Source: Octopus bimaculoides (Eukaryota). From it: a stretch of DNA of 64,000 nucleotides. Shown one piece after another: positions 1-64,000 of this stretch. Location: positions 19,591,074 to 19,655,073 of the forward strand of contig NC_068987.1 in assembly GCF_001194135.2 (NCBI RefSeq). Reading direction: 5' to 3'. The notes below the pieces were generated by a model. It saw nothing but the letters and a program-made list of their open reading frames with translations. It was not told the origin of the DNA and did not search any database. Position 1 is the stretch's first letter, and each line of letters begins with the position of its first letter. The translations under genes were made by a program, and so were the position numbers.

Positions 1-13
1 AAAGTTGAGCATT

Positions 14-200
14 GAACTGGATGAAAAATCTAGATAGAGAGGAGGGAAAAATCTGGACAGGACTGGAGGAAAAGATCTAGAGTGGACTGGAAGAAAATAT
101 CTGAATGGAAGTGGATGAAAAAATCTGGACAGGACTGGCGGGTGGAAATTAGGACTGGAATGGAAGAAAAAGGATTGAATTGGAGGAAAAGATTGGAAAA
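14..200 (+). repeat. Degenerate 24-bp purine-rich minisatellite (GGAGGAAAAGATCTGGACAGGACT-like)
   Basis: Four in-register 24-bp units at 41-64, 65-88, 89-112 and 113-136, with decayed units on both sides. Confidence 0.75.
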
Positions 201-501
201 AATTGAAAAGAAGTGTGAAGAACTAAAACACTAGAAGGCCTAAGAAAATAAAAGAATGAACTTAAAATGAAAATAACCAATTAATCTAACTCCATCAAAC
301 CCTCCAAGAAGTACAAAAAACAATTGCAAATGAACTGAGAATGATGGAATAGATTAGGGTGTATTATGTGTGTATTATTATTGATAGCCATGATACACAT
401 GCCTCCCTCCTCCTGCCCCAATCATAAATATGTGTAAATGCGTATGTATATATTTCTACCTGTTTGAATACATTACATAAACCAAGAGATAAATAACATA
501 C

Positions 502-63331
<62,830 letters not shown>

Positions 63332-63702
63332 CTGAAAGTAGAAAATATCATTGGTCACAGAGAGGTCATCAAATGGTTCATTTTTGCACACAACTCTTTA
63401 GTTAAAATTCAAAAGTATAAATTCATCTCTTACTTGTTTCAGTCATTAGGGGCATTGCATTAAGTAATTTTTCGTCAAATGAATCGACCTTAGCGCTTAT
63501 TTTTCTCTAAGATTGGTAGTTATTCTAACAGTCTCTTTCGCCAAACCGCTAAGTTACAAGGATGTAAACACACCAATACCAGTTGTCAGGCATGGTGGGG
63601 GACAAACACAGATATACATTGGGAAAATGTCTTCTACTATAGTCTTAGTCTGATCAAAGCCATGTGAGAGGAATTGGTAGATGGAAACTGAAAGAAGCCT
63701 GT

Positions 63703-63743
<41 letters not shown>

Positions 63744-64000
63744 GAGAATGTGTGTCTGTCTGTCTGTCTGTGTGAATCCCTAAAACTCGAGAACTACGCA
63801 ACCAATTTCATTCAAATTTTACACATGCCTTACTTAGGGTTCCAGTTGTGTTTTAGTCAAAAAAAATTATTAACTTCTTGCAGAGTTCGAGCACACGGTA
63901 ACATAATATCTCCTCCACTATTTAAGTATTACGTGTCAAAAGTGAAACAAAAACACTCATGTCAAATACTTTCACTTTAAAAATGAAACTATTCCACTAA

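Overview
Eukaryotic, AT-rich, repeat-dense scaffold sequence with nine N gaps. From memory, the repeat landscape (tRNA-headed SINEs, RTE 3' ends with (GAT)n tails, TAA/CA/TA microsatellites) resembles Octopus, but that was not checked by search. The whole window lies inside one minus-strand gene, a P4-type phospholipid flippase of the ATP8A1/ATP8A2 class. I reconstructed 20 consecutive internal coding exons (63331 to 502, 1771 nt, about 590 codons). Every one has AG/GT boundaries and compatible phases, and together they encode DGETN, the TM4 PISL motif, FTDKTGT, KGA and TGDKQETA. Both ends of the gene lie outside the window. About 97% of the window is intron, filled with at least four tRNA-derived SINE families, TTAA (piggyBac-type) and hAT-type MITEs, and fossils of Tigger/pogo, RTE, Tx1/L1-like and R4/Dong-like elements. 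The most notable observations are these. (1) A hierarchical palindrome at 21.4-22.0 kb whose ~220-bp arms have no substitutions outside a microsatellite. (2) A SINE subfamily that shares its 3' end with a Tx1-like LINE tail in the same window. (3) One SINE head carrying swapped bodies and tails. (4) Dong-like fragments sitting in TAA repeats. (5) An inverted SINE pair bracketing a frame-closed 573-nt exon block, a candidate circRNA with an endless ORF. (6) A second palindrome nested in a hAT MITE. Most ORF-track entries are microsatellite or gap artefacts. TE family names are working labels based on motif recall.
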